Source: Antedon mediterranea (lineage: Eukaryota > Animalia > Echinodermata). Taken from it: a DNA stretch of 64,000 nucleotides. Of this stretch, positions 12,195 through 26,800 are shown piece by piece. The notes under the pieces are model-generated. The model did no database searches. It saw nothing but the letters and a program-made list of their open reading frames with translations, and was not told the DNA's origin. Position 1 is the stretch's first letter, and every line of letters begins with the position of its first letter. The position numbers and the translations under genes are program-made. The stretch covers positions 4,206,201-4,270,200 of the forward strand of contig NC_092670.1 of assembly GCF_964355755.1 (NCBI RefSeq), read 5' to 3'.

Positions 12195-14900
12195 ATGGTA
12201 CACTTTGATTGTATTGCGAAGCCACTATCTGTATTTTTTGGGCGCTACGGCAGGTTTGTAGCTCGTTATCCCATCGTGTTTCTAATTATTCCTGTGATAA
12301 TTACAATAATATTGGGTTGCGGTATGGTATACCTTGAAAAAACCACGGATGTAGAAGACCTGTTTACACCCAGAAATGGTCGAGGAAAAGATGAAAGAGA
12401 TATTGTTGAAGATGTATTTGTCACAAAAAATAACCTTACTATCAACCGATTGACAACTTTGGGTCGCTTCGGACGGATGTTAATCGTTGCGAAGGACGGT
12501 GGAGATGTACTTCGAGATGATGTTATGTTGGAAGTGTATAGAGTACTTGAAACTGTACACAATTTTACAATTGATCATGAAGATAAGATATTAACTTTTA
12601 ACGATATCTGCTTGCAGTGGTCAGGTGACTGCATTACGAACGATATTTCCTTGATTGCTCCAAAAGGCATAGAACGATCTATGGTCAATATTACATATCC
12701 GATATATAACGACTTATTTATTGGTTCTGCACTAGGAGGTGTGGAATTAGAAAGTGATGAAAAAACTGTTAGGACAGTCTATGTACTTCAACTAAACTTC
12801 TATCTTAGAGTTGATGATGAAATAGCTAACAAATGGGAAGACCGGTTTCTGGAAACCGTTGAATTGTTTACAAGTGATGAAATTGATGTTTACCGATACG
12901 CCTCTATGTCCATTGAACTTGAACTTGAGAATGCCAGTGACGAGGTATTTAGTTCGTTTACAATCGCGTTTACAATTATTATTAACTTTGCAATTTGGTC
13001 CAGCATTCGACTTGACAATGTTCAAAACAAACCATGGTTGGCTTTGATGGGAGTCGTGTCATCAGGATTTGGAGTTGTGTCAGCCTATGGGTTGCTGATG
13101 TACTGTGGAGTGCCATTTATAGATATTGCCGCCACGACACCTATTTTGATATTAAGTAAGTAAAATTACGAAATAGTCAATACTTTAAAATTATCATTAT
13201 TTTATATTGTTAATTATATGTGTTATATTTTACTTTATTTCATAGGCATTGGTGTGGATGATATGTTCATTATGATAGCATCCTGGAGGAAAACGAATAT
13301 TAGGGACACAGTTGAAGAGCGTATGGGGGAAGCAATGTCTGAAGCTGCTCTATCTATAACCATCACTACTGTTACAGACGCTCTTGCTTTTGGTGTTGGC
13401 GTCTTAGCTGTTTTTCCATCAGTACAAATTTTCTGTGCGTATACAGGACTGGCCGTTCTCTTTGACTATTTCTACCAAGTAACCTTCTTTGCAGCATGTA
13501 TGGCAATAAGCGGTAAACGAGAAAGAGCAAATCGACATTATGGTACGTGCCTAAGAGTTAGACCGAACGACGAATCACCAAGCAAGTTTTATGCAATATG
13601 TTGCTCGGGAGGTCCATCTCGAAAGAAAAGTGATAATTCCAGAGAGGAATCTCCTCATGCTGTTATGATTTTCTTCAGAGACTTCTTTGGTCCATTTATC
13701 ACTCATTCAGTCACTAAAGTCGTTGTAATCATCTCATATATAGCTTACATTGGGGTATCAATCTGGGGTATGACAGAGCTTCAACAAGGTCTCGACTTAC
13801 GAAACTTAGCTTGGGATGATTCGTATGTGGCACCATATTACGATTTGGAAGAAAGGTACTTCACAAGTTATGGGCCAAATGTGTTCATTGTATTTCCAGA
13901 AGAACTGAATACCTTAGAGTCTAGTAATAATGAAAACTTTCTGGTCACATTAGAAATATTTGAGAATTCAGAATATACATATGGAGACAACTTTACTGAC
14001 TGCTGGTTAACAGCATTCATGGGGTATCTTAATTCGCAAAACATATCTCAAGATAGCAACACCGATGTATTATTAGATGTCTTGAAGAACGAATTCATTG
14101 CTAATCCTTCATTCAAGCGTTTCTCTTTAGATGTTGTGTTTGGAGATGATGGAGATATCGTTGCATCAAGGTGCCTACTTATAACTCGAGATATAGATTC
14201 GTCGAATAGACAACGAGATATGATGACTGAAATGCGTGACAAGGCCGATGATTCAGATTATGACATCACAGTTTACCATCCAGCCTTTGTTATCTATGAC
14301 CAGTACACGGCAATTTTACCAAACACACTACAAAATCTTGGTATTGCTCTAGCTTCAATGTTGCTAGTATCTTTGATCTTCATCCCTCAGCCTATTTGTT
14401 CTGTGTGGGTAGTGTTGTGTATCCTATCTATAGAGGCAGGGGTTATTGGGTTTATGAGCCTCTGGGATGTCAACCTTGACTCAATATCCATGATCAATAT
14501 CATCCTATGCATTGGGTTCAGTGTCGACTTTTCAGCGCATATTGCTTACACATTTACAATTACAGAGGGTTTATCGAAGAACGCACGTGTTATAACTACA
14601 CTATTTACATTAGGCATGCCGATATTACAAGGGGCTCTATCCACTGTGGCTGGGATCTCAGTACTATCAACTACAAATGGATATATCTTTCGTACTTTCT
14701 TTAAAACTCTGTTCTTAGTGATAGTGTTGGGTTTGCTACACAGTATGTTTTTTCTTCCAGTTGTCTTAACATTACTTGGAGGTAATTCCAAAAATGACAA
14801 CAACGAAGTAGGCCTATCATCAGTTACTAAAAGCAAAGAAAAATCACTAGAACCCAATATTGTTGCTCATCAAAACCAGGCGTACGATGCACGTGAATGA
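12195..14900 (+). CDS. PTCHD3: Patched domain-containing protein 3-like (PTR/RND-fold, sterol-sensing domain), about 871 aa; exons 12195-13155 and 13246-14900
   Basis: N-terminal TM (RYPIVFLIIPVIIT), luminal loop, SSD with KPWLA...IGVDDMFIMIASWRKT...SITITTVTDALAFGVG, second half with LDSISMINIILCIGFSVDFSAHIAY...FRTFFK. One 90-bp phase-1 GT-AG intron joins the two ORFs in frame. Confidence 0.92.
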
Positions 14901-17866
14901 TATCAACACGGCAACAATTTATAAAATGTAACTTTGTAATGTATCTGGAACTATTTTTTAAACTCGAAACTTCCAAATTAAACACAATATCACAATTGCT
15001 ATGTAACGTCCGATGCCAATTTCCACTTGGTTAAAAATAGATTCCAGGGCTAAAAATCTGCAATTCAAGTTGAATACTTCAACCGTGTATGCTTCAACCG
15101 AGCCCATCTTTCCATCTGACATCCAATGAAATAAAGTAGGCCCACGCATCTGAATACATTAAAAAAAAAGTGTAGGCCTAACACAAACTGATCCAGATTA
15201 TCTGTGAATCGTAGGCCTATCCCGTGAGATGACACAATTGTTGGGATGGTATTTGTAACAATGAAAGGCCCATGTATCTTAGTGTATATGACATATTAAC
15301 ATTATTTTCAATATGTTTTTTTGTAAATTGTATATTATGACTAATCTCACTGTTCACTGTATATAAATAAATATATATTAATTTTATTAAATCGTCAGAG
15401 AATTTAAAAGCAAATGATATGCATGTAATGTAAATAAGGCTCACAAATGGGATAATTTGAAATAAACAATTAAATTTTTTTTTAAATTGAAATGTCTTTA
15501 AGTTTTTATTTTTATAGATAAAACTTCAAAAGTATATATTCTATAGACTTTTTGTTATTATTATCTTTATCTGTAATGATTATTATTTAATTTTTAATTT
15601 TTTTTATTATTAAAATTAGTTTCGCCCACAAAAGGAAAACAAATTGTAGGCGTTATATGAAATCACGAATTAGGCTATTATTAGAAATTATTTATTATTA
15701 CGTTTTATACTATAAGGCCTCTCGTTTTCTTATTAATAAAAAGAAGACTTGTTCAGAGTTGTTAATTAGTTAATTAGCCACTGATTAACACCACCCTTGT
15801 TTCAAAGATGTATTGTAAATTAATTAAAAAATTAATGTGTAACATAATTACCACGTCGTAAAAACATACAATACAAAAGTACAAACGGTTTTTAATTATG
15901 TCAGTGATAACATTTTGTTGGCACACTGTTTATTTTTCAAAATGCCTCTTTTTACATTGTACAAGTAAAAACGAATAACAAAGTTACATACTGATATAAG
16001 AAAGCGGCAATTTTCAAAACAAATCTTCTATTTTTTTAATTCCCGGTGAACGGCGTATTTTTCGCAGCACTACACAACGATTTAGGAAAAACATGAAAAG
16101 GAACAACAGCCAGATCATCAAAGATGTTTTAGCATAAAATGTGAGGGAATCGGGTTGCGGACATCGACAAAAGATAGGTAAGAAAAGAATAACTTCTCCC
16201 TATTTCGAAAAAAAAAATCTTAACACAACCACCATAGTAGGCCTACTTCTAGCAAAATGAGTTACTTAAGTAAGTCCAGTTTACTAGATTATTCTTTCAA
16301 ATACTACTGGATGAATGCAACTGAAACAGCTAGGTCCTAGTATCCTTTCCCAGATAAACTATAGAACGGTAAATTTGGCACAAAATGATCAATAGCAAAT
16401 TTGTTTGCATTGCACCTGGCATTTAAAGGTCTATAGAGACTATTCGTTTTACATTTATGATGAAGTTGTTGACTCCAGTAGGCCTACTGTACGTATTTTA
16501 ATTTACTATATCATTTGAGGCTCAGATTTCTTGATATTGTGTCAACAAACACCAACCCAACCAAGCCTGCCATCAACCAGGTGTACATAACCAGGAGTTC
16601 ATTTGTATGTAAACAAAAGCAGCCTTTAAAATTCAATTGTGTGGTTAATGGAGCGAAGCATGACATTGTTTACTATTACCTAGCAACAAGTTGCTCGTTA
16701 ACTCCGGTATAATCTACTTACTCCCCTAACATGAAAATATAATTTAAATATTTAAGTTAAAATATCACAAAGTAGGCTAAAAATGAAAATAAATATAATT
16801 TAAATTGTCCTTCTTATTAGCAGAATAATTTAGGTAAAACTATTCACAACTATTTTAACTTAAATGTGAAATTAAATTATACATCGGAGGGTGTACGTCT
16901 TTTAAATCAAATGGCTAATTTTGTCGAAGTACAAGACTTTTGAGCGAGTGGTAGCGGCTAACTTTTACTGTGGGACAACATGATTGTGAACTGGTAAAAC
17001 CCGTTGTTTTTGTATATTTTGAAATTCATTGAATATGCACAACCTCAGTCATAAGGTATTTTTCTTGTAAAATCCGTGTTTTTGTTTTATAATGATCCTT
17101 GTTGATTTATACTGGAGTAAGTGACTGAGTGACTGTTAACCCGACCGATATGATCGTCTTGTTGGCCTACTACAGGATAGCCTAATCATCATGAAGCCTC
17201 AATCAAGTGTTCAGCGGAGTCTGTTGACTTAACTATAGGGCCTAACTTTGTCTGATTGCTGGATCAGTCCATGTGAATACTATGGTTTTAATATAAATTC
17301 AAAGGCAAATAACTGAAAAAATGACAATACTGTGGGTATCAGTGGCTGGATCTCAATGGAGATACAAAAAAAAAATCGAAAAGCTATTTTTATCAAAACG
17401 ATAAAGTACTGTAAAACAGCCAGAAAAAAGTTAGCTGAGCTTTCGGGCAACACTAGCCCTTCATCAGTTGAAAGTGAAGGAATTTGGATACGTCATGGTT
17501 TTAATATATGTACATTTTATTTTTATATAAAATAAAAAGCTTGTTTTAGTTTAGAGTTAAATGTTATTTAATGACAATTTTTTTTTATTGCATTACAAAA
17601 TTACTTTTGGACTATAAGACGTGCTGAAAATTATTAAAATGCTGGTTTGTGGTCATACTAATCTTTGCCCTGTAGGACACGGTATCGCACGGTATGGTTG
17701 TACGATATAAAATGTAATTGTATAATTTTGTAATTGATAATATTCAAACTAACATTAATATTTTTGTTAATTTTTTTTTTTAAATATTGTACAATCTAGA
17801 TATAGTGTTGCATCCTAATCATAAAGTATGAATTTTGTGAAATCTGTTAATTGATGTCAAACAATA

Positions 17867-20800
17867 ATGTCACCTAAGCAAAAAGATCCAAGAACTTACA
17901 TTCAAGTGAAACCTCTTCCTACTGAATCAGACCAGGGTAAGCATGTGTTAGCCCGTTCGGACACGCACTATAATTGCGCCGTTCCAACAAGGGAAACCGT
18001 TTTTCAACAAAACTTTACAAGAAGAAAGAAGCAGAGAAATGAGCAAGGTTACAATTCTGTTAATTATGAAGCATATAAACTTCTCGGAGAGCCTCTATAC
18101 CTGGATGAGAAAAGGTTTATTCTGCATGCATTAGGACAATTGGATGAGGTAAAGCAATGTTGAATACGGTATATAATATAATTTAATAATTATATATTAT
18201 AATTTGAATACATATGGTTTCTTGTTAATTCTTAATACTAGAAAACAATACATAGTGTTATAAACATGTAAACATTATTCTTTTTAGTCTTTTTTTCAGT
18301 ACATTTTGATTGTCTAGTTTGTCAAACTAAATAAGAAACTTTTATAGTCTTTATTATAACAAACCATGACATTTTGGCATTTGATTGGTTAAAAATGTGT
18401 CACATCACAAGCCGTTCATTATTTGCACTAATAAACGATGAACATGACTATTGAACATTCAACTTTTTGTTAACATTTTTTATACTTTTCACCACATAAG
18501 ACTGTTGGGACATATATAGTTTGCACCTTCATTAACTGTTTTATTCCACGCTGTCTTTTTGAATAGTCTAGATTCACTGTCTTGACTATGATCTGGGTTC
18601 ATTAACAATTTAGATTAGACACAGTATAGTGGATTTGAAACACATAATGAACATTGTTCTGTATGCTGTGAATTCCATTCATTGAAAGATTGACTTCACT
18701 CTATGATAATGCATGGTTCTATAAAACACCATGTTTTACAGATGGTAAATTGTGCAGCAAATAAAAAAACAGTGTAATATACAATACAAGACTTAGACAG
18801 CCATAAGAAACCACAAAGCGTAAAATAAATACCGTAAATTAACCACACATTAAACAAGTAATCTCTAATTAAAATGCGTAATAAAAATTATCAATTATTT
18901 GTGAATTTAACATAGCAATCAAATGCTTCAACAAGCATCATTGTCATATTCATTATACAGTATTTTTTTTTAATTTATCGAGTGAGTTGTATTAGAAAGA
19001 AGATTTGATGTTGCTAGGTAGCTCAACCTTGGGGAATTCAATTTAAATAATTTATTTAAAAGCAAATAGAGTAGTTTGTTACTAGTAGTCAATATGTTAA
19101 TTGTATTGTAAACAGTTTATCTGATATGAAATTTGCACTGCACCATCTATATAGTTCTGAAAAGAACTGTTGAGTTGCCATGCAAACCTTTAAACTATAT
19201 GATTATTTGTTTAATATATTATATATTATTTATGTTTTAGAATAATATTGAAGACTCAGCTAGCAGTACTGATGAAGAAGAAGAGAAAAAGAAAGACAAA
19301 GAAAAGAAAGATTCAACACCTGGACATAAGGAGACCTTAGCTCCTAAAAAATTCGTCCTTACAAGACGGACAAATAAAAACCAGAAATCATTATCAAAAG
19401 AAGTTGCTTCTGGAAGGTTTGGAAAAAGTTACTAATTATTAATTTGTTGTCATGTGATTCATTTCAAATTATGTAGAATTCATGAGATACTATTATGATT
19501 ATCATTGTTCACTTATAATCACTGTATGTACAGAAACAGAAAAAAAAACATAGTCAACTTTTATTCTAAATATACTGTAATGTTGAACGTTAAGTTAATC
19601 GCGAAGGGTCTGGCAACAGAAGATCGTAATTAATACAGTACCTATATATTGTGTTGACATGGCATGAAACACTTCTGACTGCCTCCTTCAAACCTCATGT
19701 TTTTCTTTGTGCCTTGTTTATATTATTATGATGGATTATCCGCTCGCAAGATGTGAACGCGGTAATAATGTATTTTATTATGAAAGCGATTATGCAAATT
19801 TACATTAAATAAAAGTGACTGATACGAAGATACTGATTGCAAGTTGAGAGTTTAACAGTGAACGTGTTGATTATTAACACAGTAGTATTAAAAGAATAAC
19901 TTGCATTTTAAGCCAAGATGATGATGAAAAAGTTGTAAAGTTATGCAGATTGCAAATTTTATTATTATATTTTTATTATTTGTTGCGATATAAATGTTAT
20001 TACAGTTCAAGTGTAATTCTGATTTAAATTATGTTTATTTATTATAGGAAAATGGTACAATCAGCAAAACTTGGCCATGGTGTATTTAGTATAATTCGTC
20101 AGAAAGATGAAGCAAGGGTGAGTAAGCATGTACTCAATAGATTTTACACATTATACAATCTATTGAAAAAAGCTATCCCTATTCTAGATAGGTGAAAAGG
20201 GAATAAAACATAGGAAAGGAGGATAATACTTGTACGCATTATGAACTGTTTATTCTCTGGTATAATCCCACCCCTACAGTAGAACATGAAATAGGGTCAA
20301 CTTAGGAGTGTAGGACTATACCCGGGGAAACCATGGTTCAGGAAAAAAGTGATTGTTAAAGCTTGTAAAAACTCATCTGAACTGGCTGGAGAGAGGCCTA
20401 CATCCAGACCAAAAGTCAATACTGAGACTACACCCGAATGAGCTGTCTAGGAGTTACAGCTGTTGCTACAGTACATTGACTGGCACAACCAGCGATAATC
20501 ATCATACTCTCTGTGACATTTCTGAGTTGGTTTGAACTACTCTAGGTCCCAGTACATCACTAGCAGGGAGTGGTGTATGACTCTAAAGTATTGTCACCTG
20601 GCATAAACAGGCCACTGTGTGGTTGACCCCTTTCAGAAAAAAGCAGACCTCTGACAACCAAAAGAACTCTTTTTAGTATGGCCCCAGCTCAATTTTTGAA
20701 CAGATCTGACCTCATCTCGTTGTAGTACATTAAGAACTATTAAAACCTCTCGACATTACAGTGACTACTGTATAATGTAAGCTTTATTTGGAGTATAACT

Positions 20801-23800
20801 GTTGAAATGCTTATGGCTTATAAAATGAAGGATATAGAATCTAAAAGAACATTCAATAAAATAAAGATTGAAACAGATTAAAATGTGCAAGATTTTTGTT
20901 AAGTGGCTTGAGTTAGAATAAAAAATAATTGATATATAAAGACTACTTAAAGACTACTTTAAGTTCAATAATTCAACTCCATTTATAAACAGATCCTAGT
21001 TACTAAGCCAAGAGGCGTTCACAGAAAAAAAAATGTATAAAAATTCCCAAATGCAAAAATAAATCTTTAGTTTAAGCTGTTCAGATTATGATAAAGCCTG
21101 GTTTTCATTATTTAGTTTATTCTTTACTTCGGCTGAATTATATTTTTAGTAACATTCAGTTACAAGGTTTAAAAGTATTTGAAGTAATACTTAAAACTTA
21201 TCAGTATTATTTCGATTTAGAAGCATACTCCTTGACTTTGCCAATTAATCATCTACTGTATGCAATAACTACCGACGATGATGCAGTTTTTATATGGAAA
21301 TCAGGCTTAACAAGTTTGTGTAATATAATTATTAAATTTAGTAATATTTTATTAATCCAGAGGAATGCAAAAGAAATAGAAAGGCTGAAGAAAGAAGAGC
21401 AAAAAAGACGAGAATGGCAGCCAGCATCGCAGGATAGTTCTGAATATGAGACTGATGATGATCTTAATCATGACATTGAACTTAAGTAGGAATAATAATG
21501 TTGCTTGGTGCAATATTTGATACAATATTTCATAGCATACAGTAAATACAGAATAGACTATACCAAATAAATATTTTGTTCAATGCCTAATTAAAATCTG
21601 TCACAAATGTCTTCATTTTGTTTATTGATAGAGACATTTTTTGCTATGAATAATATACCAAACTCTCATTAAATGGTATACTTGTGACATGAAACCAAAA
21701 AGCGTAAATGTTTCTTCTATAAAGTTCTCTAAATATATTATCATCTCTTGTTTTTTAAAGTTCAATGTGCTAAAAAAGTGGAAAGTGGTTTATTTTGTTA
21801 TTGTCATACGTAATTTAAATATATCAGTAAATTTAGTTGAGACCAAAAAATACTTATGATCTTCTTTGTATTTTATATACTGTACAGTAATCACTCTAAC
21901 ACTCTAGATGTATTATGGATAATTGTTTTTATTTTTCTTACTATTATTATTTTTAAATATGTGGTTTTAATTTTCAGAAATTACTTTTTAAAAAGCGGAA
22001 GAAAAAGTGTAGTTTTTTCATCAGGGTAAGTTTGATATTTTTAATGTAGAACAAACATGTTTTGTATCCATTGTTAAATAAGTATTTATGTAGTTATGAT
22101 GTGTGTTAATTTTGTTTTGTTTCATACAAGCATTAAGCTTTCTGTCCTTCTGTTTCTGTGTCATATTTAGAAGTGCTATTCAAGATTTTTAGCTTTAGAT
22201 ATGTAAATGTCAGAGAATAGCAGTACTGTAACTATTGGCTGAATTGCGCCAGATGTGAACATTGGACCGTCAGTCCTTTCTGAAAATTATAGTAAAAGTT
22301 GGCCGAAGCTTGAACGTGGGCCAACTTTATGACTTGGTTTACAGTACCCTGTTTTACTTAGCTACTATATTATTTACCTAATAAATGGGTGTGTTTCAGT
22401 ACATCTCCTAGTTAGATTTGCCAGATTCTTATATATTTCTATTGTATTTATAGTATACAGATATATTTATATATTCATTATTTATTAAAAGTTCCGAACA
22501 AGGCAAGTTTGAAGAGAAGGAAAATACATCTGACAAGTCTTTAAATAGTGATATAGTCTGCAAGTCACCTAATACAGTCCATAAAAGAAGAAAGTGTAAG
22601 AAGAAAAAGTTATCTGAGCCTCCTCGTCCGTACACACCATACACTGCAAACATCAATTGTGGAATGCCACATACAGATTCTTCTGAAAGGCAAGTTGCTA
22701 CACATACAAATTGCAGCATCAAATCATCTCTTTTGTTGTATCATTATCATATCATTTGGTGAGCTTGTTCATCAATTGGTGAGCTTGTTCAGATTCGACT
22801 GCTCTGGCAGAGAATACAGATCTTAGGTTTCTAATGCAGATTTACAAAATGTGTAAAAACATTCTGAGAAATTCAAGTTTGAATAATTACAATTCAAAAG
22901 ATTTGCAAGGAAAAGATTTCTCACGGTAATAATGAATTCGCTTGGATAAAGTGTAGCCAAATAATTAACAAAATTATAAGTAAAGAGCTCTACGTACATT
23001 TTTAAATATTGAAACAAATTTTTTTTTAAATCACAAATTTTGTTGAATTAAAATTCATTTGACGAACCAGACATTTTTGGTTCAGCCTAAATGATGTCTA
23101 GTTTTTAGACAGTAAACTGCCGTGCCATGTAAAAATTCCATATTTTATTTTTAAAAATACTTTCAATAATTTCATAGGAGAGCAATTTTCCGTCAACTAT
23201 GTGCTCTGAACTGGCTACTAGAAGCAATGATGAGTGAGCCTCCAGGTGCAATGATGCCAATCTCCTTATGTTGGAACATCAAATATAAGTAAGTAATAGG
23301 ATTGTTATATTCAATAGTCATACGCAATTTAATGCATTGGTTTGAAATTTCACCCAGGTGAATTGACTATTTTTCCCCAGGTTAAAGCTGCATTCACATC
23401 TCACCCGGATTCGGTCTGGTGCCCTGAGAAAAATATCGTGGAAAATGGGTTCAATGGTAAATTTTTACGATTTGAATCTGTACCTGATTCGAACTCCGAA
23501 TTTGTAGCGATGGATCAAGAAGCCCTTTCTTTTTTAACTTGAGTATTCAAATTGTAACAAATTGTTACATTAATCAAGAAGAGAACACTCACAATTTAAT
23601 TTAATGTTTTAAATGATAATTTTACTAAAACGTTGATATTCATTTTTATTTCAGGGAACTTGAACAAAGTACATTTTGTAAAACAACTTTAAAAAAATTG
23701 AACAAAGATAAAGCCCACGAAACCATATGGATGCATTTTGTAACTAATCCTGTTGAACATATTGTAAGTGTAATCTGTAATACAACATACTAATGCAGTA

Positions 23801-26800
23801 ATATTGTATCCTAAAATTTATAGATTTTAAAGATGAAAAATTAAAAGATAATTAAGATTAATTAAATCAGACTTTGAATAAGATATTTTGTAGTTTGAAT
23901 AAAGTGAATCACTTCCGTAGAAAAAAAACGGAAACAAATAATATTTTTACATAAAATAACATGATAAATGGTTAAATTCAACCAAAAATTCATTGGCTGG
24001 CAGCCAATTTGACAATTTTTTGCTTTAAATTTTAATTTTCGATTCAATTTTCCAATTACAGTACTATTATGTGACATTAAAATTGCATATTCAACAACAA
24101 TGTGTTTAAATTTTTTTTCAGGGGGACAATACATCTTTAACATATTGTATTTTTTGCCACACCTGGCCTTTAATATTATATAGTAAATATATTGTATGCC
24201 TTTTTATTTAACTGGATCTTCAATTGGAATTTTATATTTAGTTTTCCAATATGGATATTACTACTCGATCAAAAGTAAGCAACCACGACATGTTTTGAAT
24301 ATCTTGTTTGAAGTGGTTTGAAATAATTTATTTGTTTTGTTTTCCTAAACTTAACTTATAAGCTCTATGTTTTCTTATGTTCTACACAATTCAATCTACA
24401 ATTGAAATTTTCTAAATAATGTGATCTCAATCAAAAAAACTATAATATTAATATCTTTGATGAGCCGGAATGGAGTTTTTTATGATTTAAAAAAATTGAT
24501 AATCATGAATTTCTTTTAGAATGTTCTGTCAATTTTAGATAAACACATTCTTTCCAATTCAGCTTTGTCACTAATGTTGTAAGCAATATGCTAGTATACA
24601 AATAATGAATGTTTATTATTCAACGATTGTTTAATAGTGCATATTATATTATTGCACGCCATGTGACCCACAATCGTCCAATCAAATGACAGGAATTTAT
24701 TTAAGTGTTATATATTTATCTTTATGTTAGCCTATGATAAGTTTTAAAGTAGTAAGTAATATCAACTCAAAACAAAGGAAGGCCTTATTACATTACATTA
24801 AAAATACACCTAATTGTTGTTTTATTTAGGGAACAAAAACAGCTGGTAGGTTAAGTACATTAACGGCTACAACGCGGTTTTATCGAAGTGCTAGACGAGT
24901 GTCTACAAATGGACCAATTCAAGTACCTAGTAAAGCTCTGTCTGTTGTTTCAAGTTCATCCCCAACATCAAACATGTTTGCAACAGCACAGCCAGAAGAA
25001 ACTACAAAAAAGGCTGTAGAAGATGAAAAGGGTATAGGCTTTTAATTACATTCTTACATACATGCACAATTTGGATTAAAATAAACTTGTGAATTGCTTT
25101 TCAATGGGGGTATCCCAACCATCTACCACTATCAGTGTTAAGCTCTGTCTACACTATCAAATTTGGGCACATCACACTTTTTTTTGGTCAAACTACACTA
25201 GATAGTGTAGACAAAGCTTAAACTAATGTTTTGGCCCTGTGGAAATGTATTACTGTGAACTGTTAATTTTGAAGGCAATCACTGCTCTGTGAAATAACTC
25301 TTAAAATAAACATGCTTTCACAAATTAAAGTTTTCCGACAGTAAAACCTATGTTAATTTGACATTTAAAAACATTTATAGAACTTGAGGTTTAAACTTTA
25401 TTTTTTTTATTCCCTATGCAGCTATAAATAGCTCACTGATAAATATTCAAGAAGACACCAAATATCACGATGAAAATGATCCAGAAGCTACTAGCCGAAT
25501 TGACAAACGGGAAAGGTGAAACTATTATTCATTATTTTGAAAGCGCCTTTCTAAAGATGATCAAAGTACTGTAATTAACAAAATCAACAACATAAAAAAT
25601 TTATAAATGTGCTACTTAGGAAACAAAAAAAAACACAAGAACTAGGAGCCTATGTATTGACCAATTATTTATTATTCATTATTTATAAAGTGCCAATCAC
25701 ACTTAATTGACATATTTCCCTTAAATATTAAGTATTTCACTTTAACTCAATAAAATTGTATTCAATCAGGAGATTTTTTTAAATGTGTGTGTTTCCCTAG
25801 CCTAAGTGTAGACTAGCAAATTTCCAAGGGGATGCTATCCCTAGTTTAGGAACATGCAATTTATAATAATTGGTAACCATTTAACAGTATTTTGTTTTTC
25901 TCTGTAGGTCAGCTTCAATGGTTAGTAATAAAAGTAATCATTGCAATCCGCAGAAATATGTCTTCAAAAAGCAATTATCTGTAAGTACAAATTTAGTTTT
26001 TAATGTATTGTACATGTAATAAGTTTAATTAATAATTAATATTTTTAATTTGATATAGAATTTATTTTTCAGCTGTCAGAAGCATGTATTCATGAAACTA
26101 ATAACAAAATTTAAGATACCTTAGTTTAAAACTAAATTATCTTTATTTCCAAATAACAGCATTTATTCAATATGTTTAAGAATTGTAGAAATGTCAGTTT
26201 TAACCAAAAGTTGTATTAGTAAGCCCGATCCTATCATCTTTACATTCTATCCCATCAAATTCAAAAGTACATCAACTTGCTCATTATATAGAACTAGTCA
26301 ATTTTGAGCAGCCTTACTATCTGATTTCGGAAAAATAAATTATCATCTATACTTTACCGATGTATCTACCAATGTTCTAAAATGAAAGAAATTCAATCAT
26401 TTTATTTCACAATGCATCATATTCAGATTGTCAGTAACAAATACAATGTTCTTTTTCGTCAATCGTGGAACTGTGATTTTTATGTCCTAATAGTAACACC
26501 AGAATGGTAAATTGGTCTTTGCAATAAAATTATTAAAATATATTGTAATTTTGTAGAGGCAGCAATTGGAGGAACAGGATAAGGTTCTGAAAAAGAAGAC
26601 ACCTAATGTGCAAGTTGAAAAATGGGTAAAGTCTACTAACTGGAAGCGAAGGTCAACAAGGTCAGTTAAACATGTTAATATAGTATACAAATAATGAATG
26701 TTTATGCATTGAAAAATTGACTGCTTTATTTTTAACCAGGCAAAGCTGAGTTGAAAATACAGCAGTAAATCATCGAATGAAATATTCTCTCCATTCAAAG

